A DNA stretch of 64,000 nt from positions 2,087-66,086 of the forward strand of contig JBEKSF010000013.1 in the NCBI GenBank assembly GCA_049517295.1. The letters are read 5' to 3'. Shown one piece after another: positions 18,565-28,393 of the stretch (its first letter is position 1; each line of letters begins with the position of its first letter). Source of the DNA: Verrucomicrobiota bacterium (GTDB lineage Bacteria > Verrucomicrobiota > Verrucomicrobiia > Limisphaerales > Palsa-1400). A program made the position numbers and the translations under genes. Below the pieces are notes generated by a model. The model was given only the letters and a program-made list of their open reading frames with translations. It had not been told where the DNA came from and did no database searches.

Positions 18565-21402
18565 ATGAAGGGCGCCACCGATCCGCCGACCAGTTGGAAC
18601 CTGCCGTTTGCCGAACGGCTCTACGCGGATTTCCTCCGCGACCCGAATTCGGTGGCGCCGGAATGGGCCGCTTATTTCCAGCAACTCCGAAACGGCGAAC
18701 CCGCCGATGCCCCACCCCTGGCCCCTTCCTTCCGGCCAGCCGGCCTCTTTCACGCCCGATCAGCCGGGTCGGTCAGCTCCAATGGCGTGGACGAGGCGAG
18801 AATTGCTTCCCTTCAGTTTCGCGTCAACCAGTTGGTGCGCAATTATCGGGTCCGCGGCCATAACATCGCCGCAGTCGATCCGCTGGCATTGCCCCGCCCG
18901 ATGCCGGCGGAATTGGAGACCAGCTTCTATGGGTTTTCGGTCGAGGACCTGGAACGGCCCGTCCATTGCGACATCCTCCAATCCAATCGGACGCTGACCA
19001 TACGCGAAATCATTAAGCAACTGCAAGACACCTACTGCCGCTCCATCGGGGTGCAGTACATGCACATAGATAATTATTCCATCCGCCTGTGGTTGCAGGA
19101 GCGCATGGAAGGCACGCGCAACCGCATCGATCTGTCACGGCGGCAGCAAATCCGCATTTTCACCCGCCTGACGGACGCGGTGACGTTCGAGGAATTCATC
19201 CGCAAAAAATTTGTCGGCGCCAAGAGTTTTTCCCTCGAAGGATGCGAGAGTTTGATTCCGCTGCTGGACCTGGCGATAGAGAAGGCCGCCGAGCAGGGGA
19301 TCCGCGAGATTGTGCTGGGCATGGCCCATCGCGGCCGGTTGAACGTGCTGGCCAATATCCTGGGCAAAAGTCCGCGCCAGATTTTCCGCGAATTTGCCGA
19401 CGATCCCAAGGCCTTTCGCGGCCACGGCGACGTCAAGTATCACCTTGGCTACAGCAACGACTGGACCACAGCCCAAGGCCGGCGCATCCATCTGTCCCTC
19501 TGTTTCAATCCCAGCCACCTCGAATTCGTCAATCCGGTTGTCCTGGGCCGGGTGCGCGTCAAGCAGGACTGCTTGAAAGAGGCCGGCCGGTCCGGCGTCG
19601 CCGCCGGGCAAGGGACCGAGATCGGCCCGTGCCTGGCGCTGTTGATTCACGGCGACGCCAGTTTCGCGGGCCAGGGGATCGTGCAGGAAACGCTCAACCT
19701 GAGCCAGTTGCCGGGCTACGGCGTGGGCGGAACGGTCCACGTGGTTGTCAATAATCAAATCGGCTTCACCACGCCGCCCGCGGAGGCCCGCTCGTGCGTC
19801 TATCCGACCGACGTGGCCCGGATGCTCCAGGTGCCCATCTTTCACGTCAACGGCGAGGATCCGGAGGCGGTGGCGCAGGTCGTGCGCCTGGCCCTGGAAT
19901 TCCGCGAGACGTTTCATCGTGACGTTGTGATTGACATGTTCGGCTACCGCCGTCTGGGGCACAACGAGGGCGACGAGCCCTCCTTTACCCAGCCGGTTTT
20001 GTATCGCGCCATCCAGCGCCGCAAATCGGTCCGCGAGGGCTACCTGGATCATTTGCTCAACCTGCGGGGACTGACCCGCGAGGAAGCCGGTGAAATCGCC
20101 CGCCAGCGCCACGAAGCGCTCGAACGGGAACTGACCCAGGCCCAGGACGAGACTGGCGGCGCTCCGGCCGAAAAAACGCAGGGCGTCTGGTCGCGCGCCC
20201 ATTACACCGGGGGGCCCGAGAAGGAGGCGCCGGAGACGCCGACCGGCGTGCCGCAAGAGCGGCTATCCGAATTGCTCCTCAAGCAGACCGAACTGCCGGA
20301 GAGTTTTCATCCGCATCCCAAAATCAAAAAGTTCCTGGAAGGCCGCCGCCTTATGGCCACAGGGGCCGCGCCGCTGGATTGGGCCGCCGCGGAGGCCCTG
20401 GCCTTTGCCAGCATCAGCACCGACGGTTTTCGCGTCCGCCTCAGCGGCCAGGACAGCGCCCGAGGGACGTTCAGCCAGCGCCACGCCGTCCTTTACGACT
20501 GCGAAAGCGGCGAGCCGTTTATCCCGTTGCGGCACCTGGGCGGCGGCCAGGCGCCGGTGGATATCATCAACAGCCCGCTCTCCGAGGCCGCCGTGCTGGG
20601 TTTCGACTACGGTTACAGCCTGGATTGCCCCGACGGCTTGATTTGCTGGGAGGCGCAATTCGGCGATTTCGTCAATGCCGCCCAGGTCATCATTGATCAA
20701 TTCATCGCCAGCGCGGAGGACAAGTGGAATCGCCTGAGCGGGCTGGTGTTGTTGCTCCCGCATGGTTACGAGGGGCAAGGACCCGAACATTCCAGCGCGC
20801 GCCCGGAGCGCTTTCTCAACCTCGGCGCGATGGACAACATCCAGGTGGTTTGCCCGACGACGCCGGCCCAATACTTCCACTGTCTGCGCCGCCAGGTGCT
20901 GCGCCCGTGGCGCAAGCCGCTCGTGGTCTTGACCCCCAAAAGCCTGCTGCGCGACCCCCAGGCCGTTTCGACTTTGCGCGACTGCGCCGAAGGAACGTTC
21001 CAGAGGGTCATCCCTGATCCGGCATCCGAGCCGGAAAAAACCCGCCGCATCCTGTTGTGCTCGGGCAAGATTTTTTATGAATTGCTCCAGCAAAGGGAGG
21101 CCCTCCGGCGTCCGGACGTGGCCATCGTGCGGCTGGAGCAACTTTATCCCTTCCCGGACCACTTGCTCCAATCGGCCCTGGCGGTTTACAGCGACGGCAC
21201 TCCCGTATGGTGGGTGCAGGAGGACCCGGAGAACATGGGCCCCTGGCGCTTCCTGCGCGTCCGTTTTGGCGAAACGCTATTTGGCCGTTACCCCTTTGGC
21301 GGCATCCGGCGTCCCGCTTCCCCCAGCCCGGCCACCGGCTCGGCTCGCATCCACAGAAAGGACCAGAAATACCTCATCGCCCAGGCCTTCGCGGCTGTGT
21401 GA
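18565..21402 (+). CDS. sucA: 2-oxoglutarate dehydrogenase E1
   Basis: GMAHRGRLNVL, GDVKYHLG, HGDASFAGQG, WEAQFGDF, LPHGYEGQGPEHSSAR. Confidence 0.97.
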   Translation: MKGATDPPTSWNLPFAERLYADFLRDPNSVAPEWAAYFQQLRNGEPADAPPLAPSFRPAGLFHARSAGSVSSNGVDEARIASLQFRVNQLVRNYRVRGHNIAAVDPLALPRPMPAELETSFYGFSVEDLERPVHCDILQSNRTLTIREIIKQLQDTYCRSIGVQYMHIDNYSIRLWLQERMEGTRNRIDLSRRQQIRIFTRLTDAVTFEEFIRKKFVGAKSFSLEGCESLIPLLDLAIEKAAEQGIREIVLGMAHRGRLNVLANILGKSPRQIFREFADDPKAFRGHGDVKYHLGYSNDWTTAQGRRIHLSLCFNPSHLEFVNPVVLGRVRVKQDCLKEAGRSGVAAGQGTEIGPCLALLIHGDASFAGQGIVQETLNLSQLPGYGVGGTVHVVVNNQIGFTTPPAEARSCVYPTDVARMLQVPIFHVNGEDPEAVAQVVRLALEFRETFHRDVVIDMFGYRRLGHNEGDEPSFTQPVLYRAIQRRKSVREGYLDHLLNLRGLTREEAGEIARQRHEALERELTQAQDETGGAPAEKTQGVWSRAHYTGGPEKEAPETPTGVPQERLSELLLKQTELPESFHPHPKIKKFLEGRRLMATGAAPLDWAAAEALAFASISTDGFRVRLSGQDSARGTFSQRHAVLYDCESGEPFIPLRHLGGGQAPVDIINSPLSEAAVLGFDYGYSLDCPDGLICWEAQFGDFVNAAQVIIDQFIASAEDKWNRLSGLVLLLPHGYEGQGPEHSSARPERFLNLGAMDNIQVVCPTTPAQYFHCLRRQVLRPWRKPLVVLTPKSLLRDPQAVSTLRDCAEGTFQRVIPDPASEPEKTRRILLCSGKIFYELLQQREALRRPDVAIVRLEQLYPFPDHLLQSALAVYSDGTPVWWVQEDPENMGPWRFLRVRFGETLFGRYPFGGIRRPASPSPATGSARIHRKDQKYLIAQAFAAV

Positions 21403-21444
21403 GGCGCGATTTACAAATCACCGGCGTTGGTTGACAATCACTCC

Positions 21445-22557
21445 ATGTCAGTCGAATTAAAAGTTCCCTCCGTTGGTGAATCGATCACCCAGGTCGAAAT
21501 CGGCCACTGGCTCAAATCCGAAGGCGATGCCGTCGCCAAGGACGAAAACGTCGTCGCAATCGAATCGGAAAAGGCAACCGTCGAGTTGCCCGCGCCCATT
21601 TCCGGCCTGTTGAGCCGGATCGTCAAGCGTCAGGGCGAAATGGCGGCCGTGGGCGAAACTATCGCCATTCTCGAACCGGCTCAAAAACCCGGCGGCGATA
21701 GCCGGCCGCCGCGCAAATCGGAGAAGCCGCCAGCCGCGCCCGCGCCCGTCGCGCCGCCGCCAAAAGAGGAAACGCCCTCCCCCGTTCCCGCCAGCGCACC
21801 GGAGCCAAGAAAAGAGGAACCCCGGCAGCCGGTTCCCAAGCCGTCATCAGCCCCTGGCCGCGAGGAAGAAGTCGTTCGCATGTCGCTCCTGCGGCGCACG
21901 GTGGCCCGCCGTCTGGTCGAAGCCCAACAGGCCATGGCCATGCTCACGACGTTCAACGAAATGGACCTCTCCGGGGTCATCGCCCTGCGCAAGGAGTATC
22001 AGGACACGTTCACCCGCAAGCACGGCGTCAAGCTCGGGTTCATGTCCTTCTTCGTCAAGGCGGCGGTCGAAGCGCTCAAGGCCGTGCCGCAGCTCAACGC
22101 TTCGGTCCGGGGCGACGACGTCGTTTATCATAATTATTTTGACATCGGCATCGCCATCGGGGCCGACAAGGGCCTGGTGGTGCCGACGCTCCGCAACGCG
22201 GAACAACTGAGCTTTGCGGAAGTCGAGAAGGCTGTGGCCGACTTCGCCGCGCGCGCCCGCGAGAACAAACTCAGGCCTGAGGAACTGGAAAGCGGCACCT
22301 TCACCATCACCAATGGGGGCGTGTACGGCTCGCTGCTCTCGACGCCGATCGTCAACCCTCCGCAAAGCGGCATTTTGGGGATGCACACCATTCAGGAGCG
22401 CCCGGTTGCCCTCGCCGGGGCCGTCGTCATCCGTCCGATGATGTACGTCGCCTTGAGCTACGACCATCGGATTGTGGATGGGCGGGAAGCGGTCACCTTC
22501 CTGGTGCGAATCAAAGACCTGATCGAAAACCCCGCCCGCATGCTGCTGGAAATCTGA
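21445..22557 (+). CDS. sucB: Dihydrolipoamide succinyltransferase E2
   Basis: Lipoyl domain (ESEKATVE), [22 protein letters not shown]; directly follows sucA. Confidence 0.95.
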   Translation: MSVELKVPSVGESITQVEIGHWLKSEGDAVAKDENVVAIESEKATVELPAPISGLLSRIVKRQGEMAAVGETIAILEPAQKPGGDSRPPRKSEKPPAAPAPVAPPPKEETPSPVPASAPEPRKEEPRQPVPKPSSAPGREEEVVRMSLLRRTVARRLVEAQQAMAMLTTFNEMDLSGVIALRKEYQDTFTRKHGVKLGFMSFFVKAAVEALKAVPQLNASVRGDDVVYHNYFDIGIAIGADKGLVVPTLRNAEQLSFAEVEKAVADFAARARENKLRPEELESGTFTITNGGVYGSLLSTPIVNPPQSGILGMHTIQERPVALAGAVVIRPMMYVALSYDHRIVDGREAVTFLVRIKDLIENPARMLLEI

Positions 22558-22645
22558 GACTTTCGGCTGGGCTGTCCGTTCGTCAGGTTTTTGCTCGACT
22601 CCCGCCACAGTCCACCCGTAGGGTGAGAGCCGACGCTCCTATTGC

Positions 22646-23386
22646 ATGTCCTTGCGCGACCAACTTGAGAAATCCGGCTCCTGGCTCTTTCGCCATCGCA
22701 GCTATTTGCCTTTACTTATCCTGCCCATCTTTCTGCTCTGCCTGCGGTCTTCCGCCTACCTGGGGCACAGCCACGCGCTCAATGAATGCTGGCAGGTGCT
22801 CTGCCTGCTGGTATCCTTTGCCGGCCTGGTCATTCGCGTCCTGATCGTTGGCCGCGCTCCTTACGGCACTTCCGGCCGCAATACCCGCGAGCAGTTGGCC
22901 GAGAGCCTGACCACGGTGGGCATGTACTCCCTGGTCCGTCATCCGCTTTATCTGGCCAATTACCTGATACTGATCGGCTTTACGCTCTCGCTGCATATCT
23001 GGTGGCTGGCGTTTTTGACGACCTGCATTTGGGCGCTCTATTACGAACGCATCATGCTGGCTGAGGAGGCCTTTTTGCGCCAGCGCTTCGGCCAGCAATT
23101 CGAAGCCTGGGCTGCCGTCACTCCGGCCATTATTCCCAAGCTGCACGGATGGAAGCCTTCCCCGGTCCCCTTCTGCTGGCGTACAGTCCTCCAGCGCGAG
23201 TACAACGCCTTCTTTTTGATTGTCGCGGTCTTTTTCCTGTTGGACTTGGTGGGTGATTCCATAATTGAGGGTCAATTGAAGCTGGACCCCCTCTGGTTCG
23301 GCGCGTTTCTGGCGGCGTTTGTCATTTTCGCCACGTTGCGGACTCTCAAAAAGCGCACGCGCCTCCTCCACGTCGAGGGCCGCTAA
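22646..23386 (+). CDS. ICMT/PEMT-family membrane methyltransferase, LmtA (lipid A phosphate methyltransferase)-like
   Basis: WLFRHRSYLP, GTSGRNT, GMYSLVRHPLY, EEAFL..RFG; several TM helices. Confidence 0.75.
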   Translation: MSLRDQLEKSGSWLFRHRSYLPLLILPIFLLCLRSSAYLGHSHALNECWQVLCLLVSFAGLVIRVLIVGRAPYGTSGRNTREQLAESLTTVGMYSLVRHPLYLANYLILIGFTLSLHIWWLAFLTTCIWALYYERIMLAEEAFLRQRFGQQFEAWAAVTPAIIPKLHGWKPSPVPFCWRTVLQREYNAFFLIVAVFFLLDLVGDSIIEGQLKLDPLWFGAFLAAFVIFATLRTLKKRTRLLHVEGR

Positions 23387-23420
23387 CAGATCGGAATCAG
23401 GCGCCCCGGCATCATTTAGA

Positions 23421-23449
23421 TGAGCCTTTTTCGCTGCGCGTTTCGCATT
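23421..23449 (+). promoter_or_regulatory. Possible ECF-type promoter TGAGCC-N17-CGCATT
   Basis: Bipartite element upstream of the TPR/kinase/ECF module; only one copy seen. Confidence 0.3.
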
Positions 23450-23506
23450 ACCTGATGGAAACAATGAATAGCCCGCGCTGGAGCGCGGCTAAAACGAAAG
23501 GCATAA

Positions 23507-24325
23507 GTGAAACGAATGATCGTGGCAGCAGCGGGTCTGAGCGCAATGATTGCGGCCGGGTTTTATCTGGATTGGCCAAAGGCGCCGGTGATGAATCGGG
23601 CGGAAATGGCAGCAACGCCGATGAGTGAGGCAACCGCGGAAGGGACGATGGAACGCGCGCAGAGCGCGCCGGAAGGCGTGAGCGCGGGGCAAGAAACGAC
23701 GACGCCCGCGCCGAAGGCGAGCCTCTCCCCACCCGTTTCACCGGCGCCTGTCGCGGCGGCGGAAGATAAAGCTGCTTTTGGGCGGGCAATCGAAGCATTG
23801 GTTTCTCCGCGGACCAGTTACGAGCAACGGCAGGCGATCTGGAAACAGTTGAAGGAGAGCGGGCAATTGAATCAGGCCATCACCGAGCTGCAGCAGCGCG
23901 CGGCCAGCGAGCCGCCATCGGCGGACGCGGTCACCGCGCTGGGAGAGGGATACTATAATGAAGCCGGAGCGAGCGAGGACGTGCGAGAGAGAGCCATCTT
24001 TGCGATGGAGGCGGATGAGACTTTGGAGGCGGCGCTCAAACTGGATCCGTCGAATTGGGAGGCGCGGTTCACCAAAGCCGCGGGGATGTCGTACTGGCCG
24101 GCGGAGTTGAACAAGGGCCAGGAAGTGATCGATCAGTTTCAGGTGCTGATGGAACAGCAGGAAGGGCAAACGCCGCAGCCGCAATTCGCGCGAACTTACC
24201 TGGACCTCGGCGAGCAATACCAGAAGGCGGGCGAAGCCGCCGAGGCCGCGCAAATCTGGGAGCGAGGCGCGGCGTTGTTTCCGGACAACGCGGATTTGCA
24301 AAACAAGCTGGCGGGTGCGCAGTAA
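23507..24325 (+). CDS. Exported/membrane-anchored TPR protein
   Basis: N-terminal hydrophobic segment, Pro/Ala linker, TPR helices (ALKLDPSNWEAR; YLDLGEQYQKAG...A...WERG). Confidence 0.8.
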   Translation: MKRMIVAAAGLSAMIAAGFYLDWPKAPVMNRAEMAATPMSEATAEGTMERAQSAPEGVSAGQETTTPAPKASLSPPVSPAPVAAAEDKAAFGRAIEALVSPRTSYEQRQAIWKQLKESGQLNQAITELQQRAASEPPSADAVTALGEGYYNEAGASEDVRERAIFAMEADETLEAALKLDPSNWEARFTKAAGMSYWPAELNKGQEVIDQFQVLMEQQEGQTPQPQFARTYLDLGEQYQKAGEAAEAAQIWERGAALFPDNADLQNKLAGAQ

Positions 24326-24376
24326 GGCGGTGAAAACCGGCTTCACCATTTCCAACTTTCGGCTACCCTGCATTCA

Positions 24377-26599
24377 ATGAAAGACAACCCCAACGCCGCG
24401 GCAGAGCCGGGGCAGGCTTCGCCGGACCGGGTCGAGGCGATATTTCATGGGGCGTTGCAGTTGCCCGCCGGGGAGCGCGCCGGATACATTAGCCGCGCGT
24501 GCGGCGGCGGCGGGGGCCTGCGGGAGCGGGTGGAGAGTTTGCTCAAGGCGCACGAGGCGGCCGGTGAATTTTTGGAGGAACCGGCCGCGGCATCGGCGAA
24601 CAAAACGGTGACCCTGACGATACCGCCGACAGAAAGAGCGGGCGACAGAATCGGCCGCTACAAACTGCTTCAGCAAATCGGCGAAGGCGGCTGCGGCGTG
24701 GTCTATATGGCCGAACAGGAAGAGCCGGTGCGACGGCGCGTGGCCCTCAAAGTCATCAAACTGGGGATGGACACCAAGGAAGTGGTGGCGCGATTCGAGG
24801 CTGAGCGGCAGGCACTGGCGTTGATGGACCACCCGAACATTGCGAGGGTGCTGGAGGCGGGGGCGACGGAAACCGGACGGCCGTACTTCGTGATGGAACT
24901 GGTCCGCGGCATCAAAATAACGGAGTATTGCGACCAGAACAAACTGCCGGCCGTGGAGCGGCTGAAACTGTTTGTGCAAGTGTGCCACGCGCTGCAACAC
25001 GCGCATCAGAAGGGCATCATCCATCGCGACATCAAGCCGTCGAACATTCTGGTGACGGTCAACGACGGCGTGCCCGTTCCGAAGGTGATAGACTTCGGCA
25101 TCGCCAAGGCGACGGAGCGGCGGCTGACCGAGAAGACGGTTTTCACCGCCTTCGAACAATTCATCGGCACCCCCGCCTACATGAGTCCTGAGCAAGCGGT
25201 GCTGACGAGTCTGGATATCGACACGCGCACGGACATTTACAGCCTGGGAGTGTTGCTTTACGAACTGCTCACCGGCCAGACACCATTCGACGCGGGAAAA
25301 CTATTGGCGGCCGGCCTGGACAAGTTGCGCCAAACCATCCGCGAACAAGAGCCGGAGCGTCCTTCGACCCGGCTGAGAACAATGCTTCACGCCGATCTGA
25401 CCGAGACGGCGGCGCATTATCGGACCGAGGCGCCGAAGCTGATTCATCTACTGCAAGGCGACTTGGATTGGATTGTGATGAAAGCGCTGGAAAAGGACCG
25501 GACGCGGCGTTACGAAACGGCCAGCGCGCTGGCGGCGGACATTCAGCGCCACTTGAACAACGAGCCGGTCGAAGCTCGGCCGCCGAGCACGCTATATCGT
25601 TTTCAAAAGCTGGTGCGCCGGAACAAACTGGCATTCGCCGCCGGCAGCGCAGTGGTGGTGGCGCTGATACTTGGCCTCGGAGTATCGACCGTTCTATTCA
25701 TTCAGGAACGGACGGCGCGGAAACGGGCCGATAAAGCGGAGCGGAACGAAGCTAAGTTGCGCCAGCAAGCGGAGAGGGGCCTCAAACTGGAGGCCGAAAA
25801 GCGGGAGCGGGCGCAAATGGGCGAAAGGATCGGCATGGCGGCGCTCTATTTGACTCAGGACAAATTTCCGGAGTCGGAGCGGGAGATCAGCCCGGTGCCG
25901 GTTTCGGTCCTGACCAATTACGTTGCGACGGCTTTTCTCTTCAACGCCTATGGCGAAAAGCGGGCGCGCCATGGAGAATGGGGGGCGGCGGCGACAAACT
26001 TCTCCAAAGTCGTCGATATTGTTCCGTCGGACTTCCCGGGCTATTACGCGCTGGCGCCGTTGCTGGCGCAAATCGGCGACCTGGGGGGCTATCGTGTCCA
26101 CACCGAACGAATGCAGCGACAGTTTGCGGGAACGGCCGATCCCGGTATCGCGGCGCGACTGGCGAAGGATTGCCTGTTTGTTGCTCCGGCGACGAACGAT
26201 TTGGAAGCGATCGGCAAATTCGTCGATACCGCCGTGGCGGCGGGCGAGAGGCAGGCCGAGTGGACGGAGACACGATTTGTCAAAGGGCTGGCGGAGTATC
26301 GGCGCGAACACTTCGCCGAGGCGGCGGAATGGTTGCGGGCAATCGCGAGTCAATCAGAGCCGTGGAACCGGAACGTTGAGATTCATGCGGTTCTGGCAAT
26401 GTCCGAGTTTCGACTTGGGCGCATTGAGGAAGCTCGCGCCACATTGATGGACGCGATGAAAACCGCCGAGCGGAGGCTGGACAAAGTCAGCGAGGGTCTG
26501 CGCGCCGACTGGCCGGATTGGATTATCGCACAGGTGTTGATGCGCGAAGCGGGCGCGGTGATCGAAGCAGAGAAGCAACCTGCAACGCAAAGTGAGTGA
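24377..26599 (+). CDS. Hanks-type Ser/Thr protein kinase with TM and C-terminal TPR-like region
   Basis: IGEGGCGVVY, VALKVIK, HRDIKPSN, DFGIAK, GTPAYMSPE. Confidence 0.95.
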   Translation: MKDNPNAAAEPGQASPDRVEAIFHGALQLPAGERAGYISRACGGGGGLRERVESLLKAHEAAGEFLEEPAAASANKTVTLTIPPTERAGDRIGRYKLLQQIGEGGCGVVYMAEQEEPVRRRVALKVIKLGMDTKEVVARFEAERQALALMDHPNIARVLEAGATETGRPYFVMELVRGIKITEYCDQNKLPAVERLKLFVQVCHALQHAHQKGIIHRDIKPSNILVTVNDGVPVPKVIDFGIAKATERRLTEKTVFTAFEQFIGTPAYMSPEQAVLTSLDIDTRTDIYSLGVLLYELLTGQTPFDAGKLLAAGLDKLRQTIREQEPERPSTRLRTMLHADLTETAAHYRTEAPKLIHLLQGDLDWIVMKALEKDRTRRYETASALAADIQRHLNNEPVEARPPSTLYRFQKLVRRNKLAFAAGSAVVVALILGLGVSTVLFIQERTARKRADKAERNEAKLRQQAERGLKLEAEKRERAQMGERIGMAALYLTQDKFPESEREISPVPVSVLTNYVATAFLFNAYGEKRARHGEWGAAATNFSKVVDIVPSDFPGYYALAPLLAQIGDLGGYRVHTERMQRQFAGTADPGIAARLAKDCLFVAPATNDLEAIGKFVDTAVAAGERQAEWTETRFVKGLAEYRREHFAEAAEWLRAIASQSEPWNRNVEIHAVLAMSEFRLGRIEEARATLMDAMKTAERRLDKVSEGLRADWPDWIIAQVLMREAGAVIEAEKQPATQSE

Positions 26600-27149
26600 G
26601 GCCACACGCATTCTCGATGCCATCAGCGAGGGCGATCCCAAAGCGGCTGAGGAATTGCTGCCGCTGGTCTATGAGGAGTTGCGCCGGCTGGCGGCGCACA
26701 AAATGGCGAACGAAGCGCCAGGCCAGACCCTGCAGCCGACAGCGCTTGTCCACGAGGCGTGGCTGCGGCTGATCGGCAACGAAAAGGTGAAGTGGGACGG
26801 GCGCGCGCATTTTTTCGGGGCGGCGGCGGAGGCGATGCGCCGGATATTGATAGAGAACGCGCGGCGCAAAAAAGCGCTCCGGCACGGCGGCGGCCAAGAG
26901 CGCGTGGACATTCGAGAGGCGGACATTCCAGCCGGGGGGAAGGACGAGGAGTTGCTGGCGGTCAATGAGGCGCTGGAAAAGCTTGCCGCGAATGACAAAC
27001 AAAAGGCCGAACTGGTCAAGCTGCGCTATTTCGCCGGTCTGACGATAGGGCAGGCCGCCGAGTTGTTGGACATTTCCGAGGCAACCGCCAAGCGCCATTG
27101 GATCTACGCCCGAGCGTGGCTGTATCGGGAAATAGAGCGCTCGGAATGA
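26592..27149 (+). CDS. ECF sigma factor (TIGR02999-like, kinase-associated)
   Basis: LLPLVYEELRRLA, TLQPTALVHEAWLRL, VKLRYFAGLT, ARAWL; overlaps the kinase stop codon. Confidence 0.93.
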   Translation: MSEATRILDAISEGDPKAAEELLPLVYEELRRLAAHKMANEAPGQTLQPTALVHEAWLRLIGNEKVKWDGRAHFFGAAAEAMRRILIENARRKKALRHGGGQERVDIREADIPAGGKDEELLAVNEALEKLAANDKQKAELVKLRYFAGLTIGQAAELLDISEATAKRHWIYARAWLYREIERSE

Positions 27150-27611
27150 GTGGACCGGAAGAGGACAGACTGCAATGATTCAGGTCAATCCTCGATTATT
27201 GCGCAATCGGGGTTTCGTGACCGAGTTTCATTGACCACGACACGTTGCGGCACCAGTTCACTTCGATAGCGCCAGGCGGCCGGAAGCAGGGCGTGGGAGC
27301 CGGCATCTCGGTGAGCCGTTCGGCAGCGGGGACAACGGCCGCGCCGAAGGCTTCACCGAGACACCGATTCTCATTCCATTGAGGTTGGCTTCTCCGCACC
27401 CAAAGCAAAATCTGCGATTCGTTCGTGTTCACTGTTGTTCAGGTCCTGTTCCGCCGTGCGTCGTTCAACTATGGGCGATAGGATAGGCGGCGGCGCTTCA
27501 AGCGAACAGTCGGAGAAAACGGAAACATGGTGTCGGGAAATTGCCTGACATGGCGTCGATGGGAATTTGCCGCCGCGGGCAAGGGGTGAGGGCGAAAGTG
27601 GCGGCGTGTAA

Positions 27612-27731
27612 GAGCCTGTTTTAAAAACCGCCCAGTCAGGGGACCGGGCCTACAAAAGACTGGATTTCCGGTCGTTTCCTGCAGGCCGCGTGCCCCCACG
27701 CGGCGCTTTGTCACATTTTTAAAACACGCTC
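27612..27731. mobile_element. 120-bp MITE with IS5-family-like ends and internal REP-like hairpins
   Basis: 16-bp TIRs GAGCCTGTTTTAAAAA / TTTTTAAAACACGCTC (15/16 match), flanked by a TAA direct repeat (27609-27611 and 27732-27734); no transposase. Confidence 0.75.
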
Positions 27732-28387
27732 TAACTGGTCTCGTTGAGCCAGCCCTGGCGCAAGGCAAACTTCACCATCTCGGTGCGGCTGCGCAGGCCG
27801 AGTTTTTCTCCGATGCGGACCTTGTAAGTTTCGACGGTTTTGACGCTGAGGCCAAATTTGGCGGCGATTTCCTTGTTGCTGTAACCCCAAGCCAGGAGGA
27901 CCAGAACATCCTTTTCGCGATTGGACAACGCGGCGGCGCGCAGCCCCCGGGTGGCCGCAGGCCTGGCGGTCTGCCGGGCCAGCGCTTTGCTGGCGAGGGT
28001 CGTTTCGTAGTGGACGCCGCCCTTGGCGACCGTGCCGATGGCATTAATCAGTTCCTCGCTGGCGGAACGCTTGAGCACGTAACCGCTGGCGCCGGCTTTG
28101 CACAACTGGCACAAGTAAGACTCGTCTTCATGAGCGGTGAGGGCCACGACTTTGACCGCCGGCGATTCAGCGGTCAACCGTGCCGTGGCCTGCAGTCCGT
28201 TCATTTCCGGCATCGAAAGGTCCATGACCACCACGTCCGGTTTGAGGGTCTTGGCCAGGGCCAGAACCTCCTTGCCATTGACGGCTTCGCCGACGACGCA
28301 CATGTCGGGTTGACAGTCAATCAACCGGCGCAGGCCTTCGCGCACGATCCGATGATCGTCGGCGAGCAAGACACGCAGTTTGTTCAT
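27731..28387 (-). CDS. NarL/LuxR-family response regulator
   Basis: LADDH, MDLSMPEMNG, YSNKEIA...SVKTVETYK. Confidence 0.93.
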   Translation of the reverse strand: MNKLRVLLADDHRIVREGLRRLIDCQPDMCVVGEAVNGKEVLALAKTLKPDVVVMDLSMPEMNGLQATARLTAESPAVKVVALTAHEDESYLCQLCKAGASGYVLKRSASEELINAIGTVAKGGVHYETTLASKALARQTARPAATRGLRAAALSNREKDVLVLLAWGYSNKEIAAKFGLSVKTVETYKVRIGEKLGLRSRTEMVKFALRQGWLNETS

Positions 28388-28393
28388 GGTTTG

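Noticed and set aside
27196-27432. 78-aa minus-strand ORF in the intergenic gap
   Set aside because: No motifs or convincing start; likely spurious.
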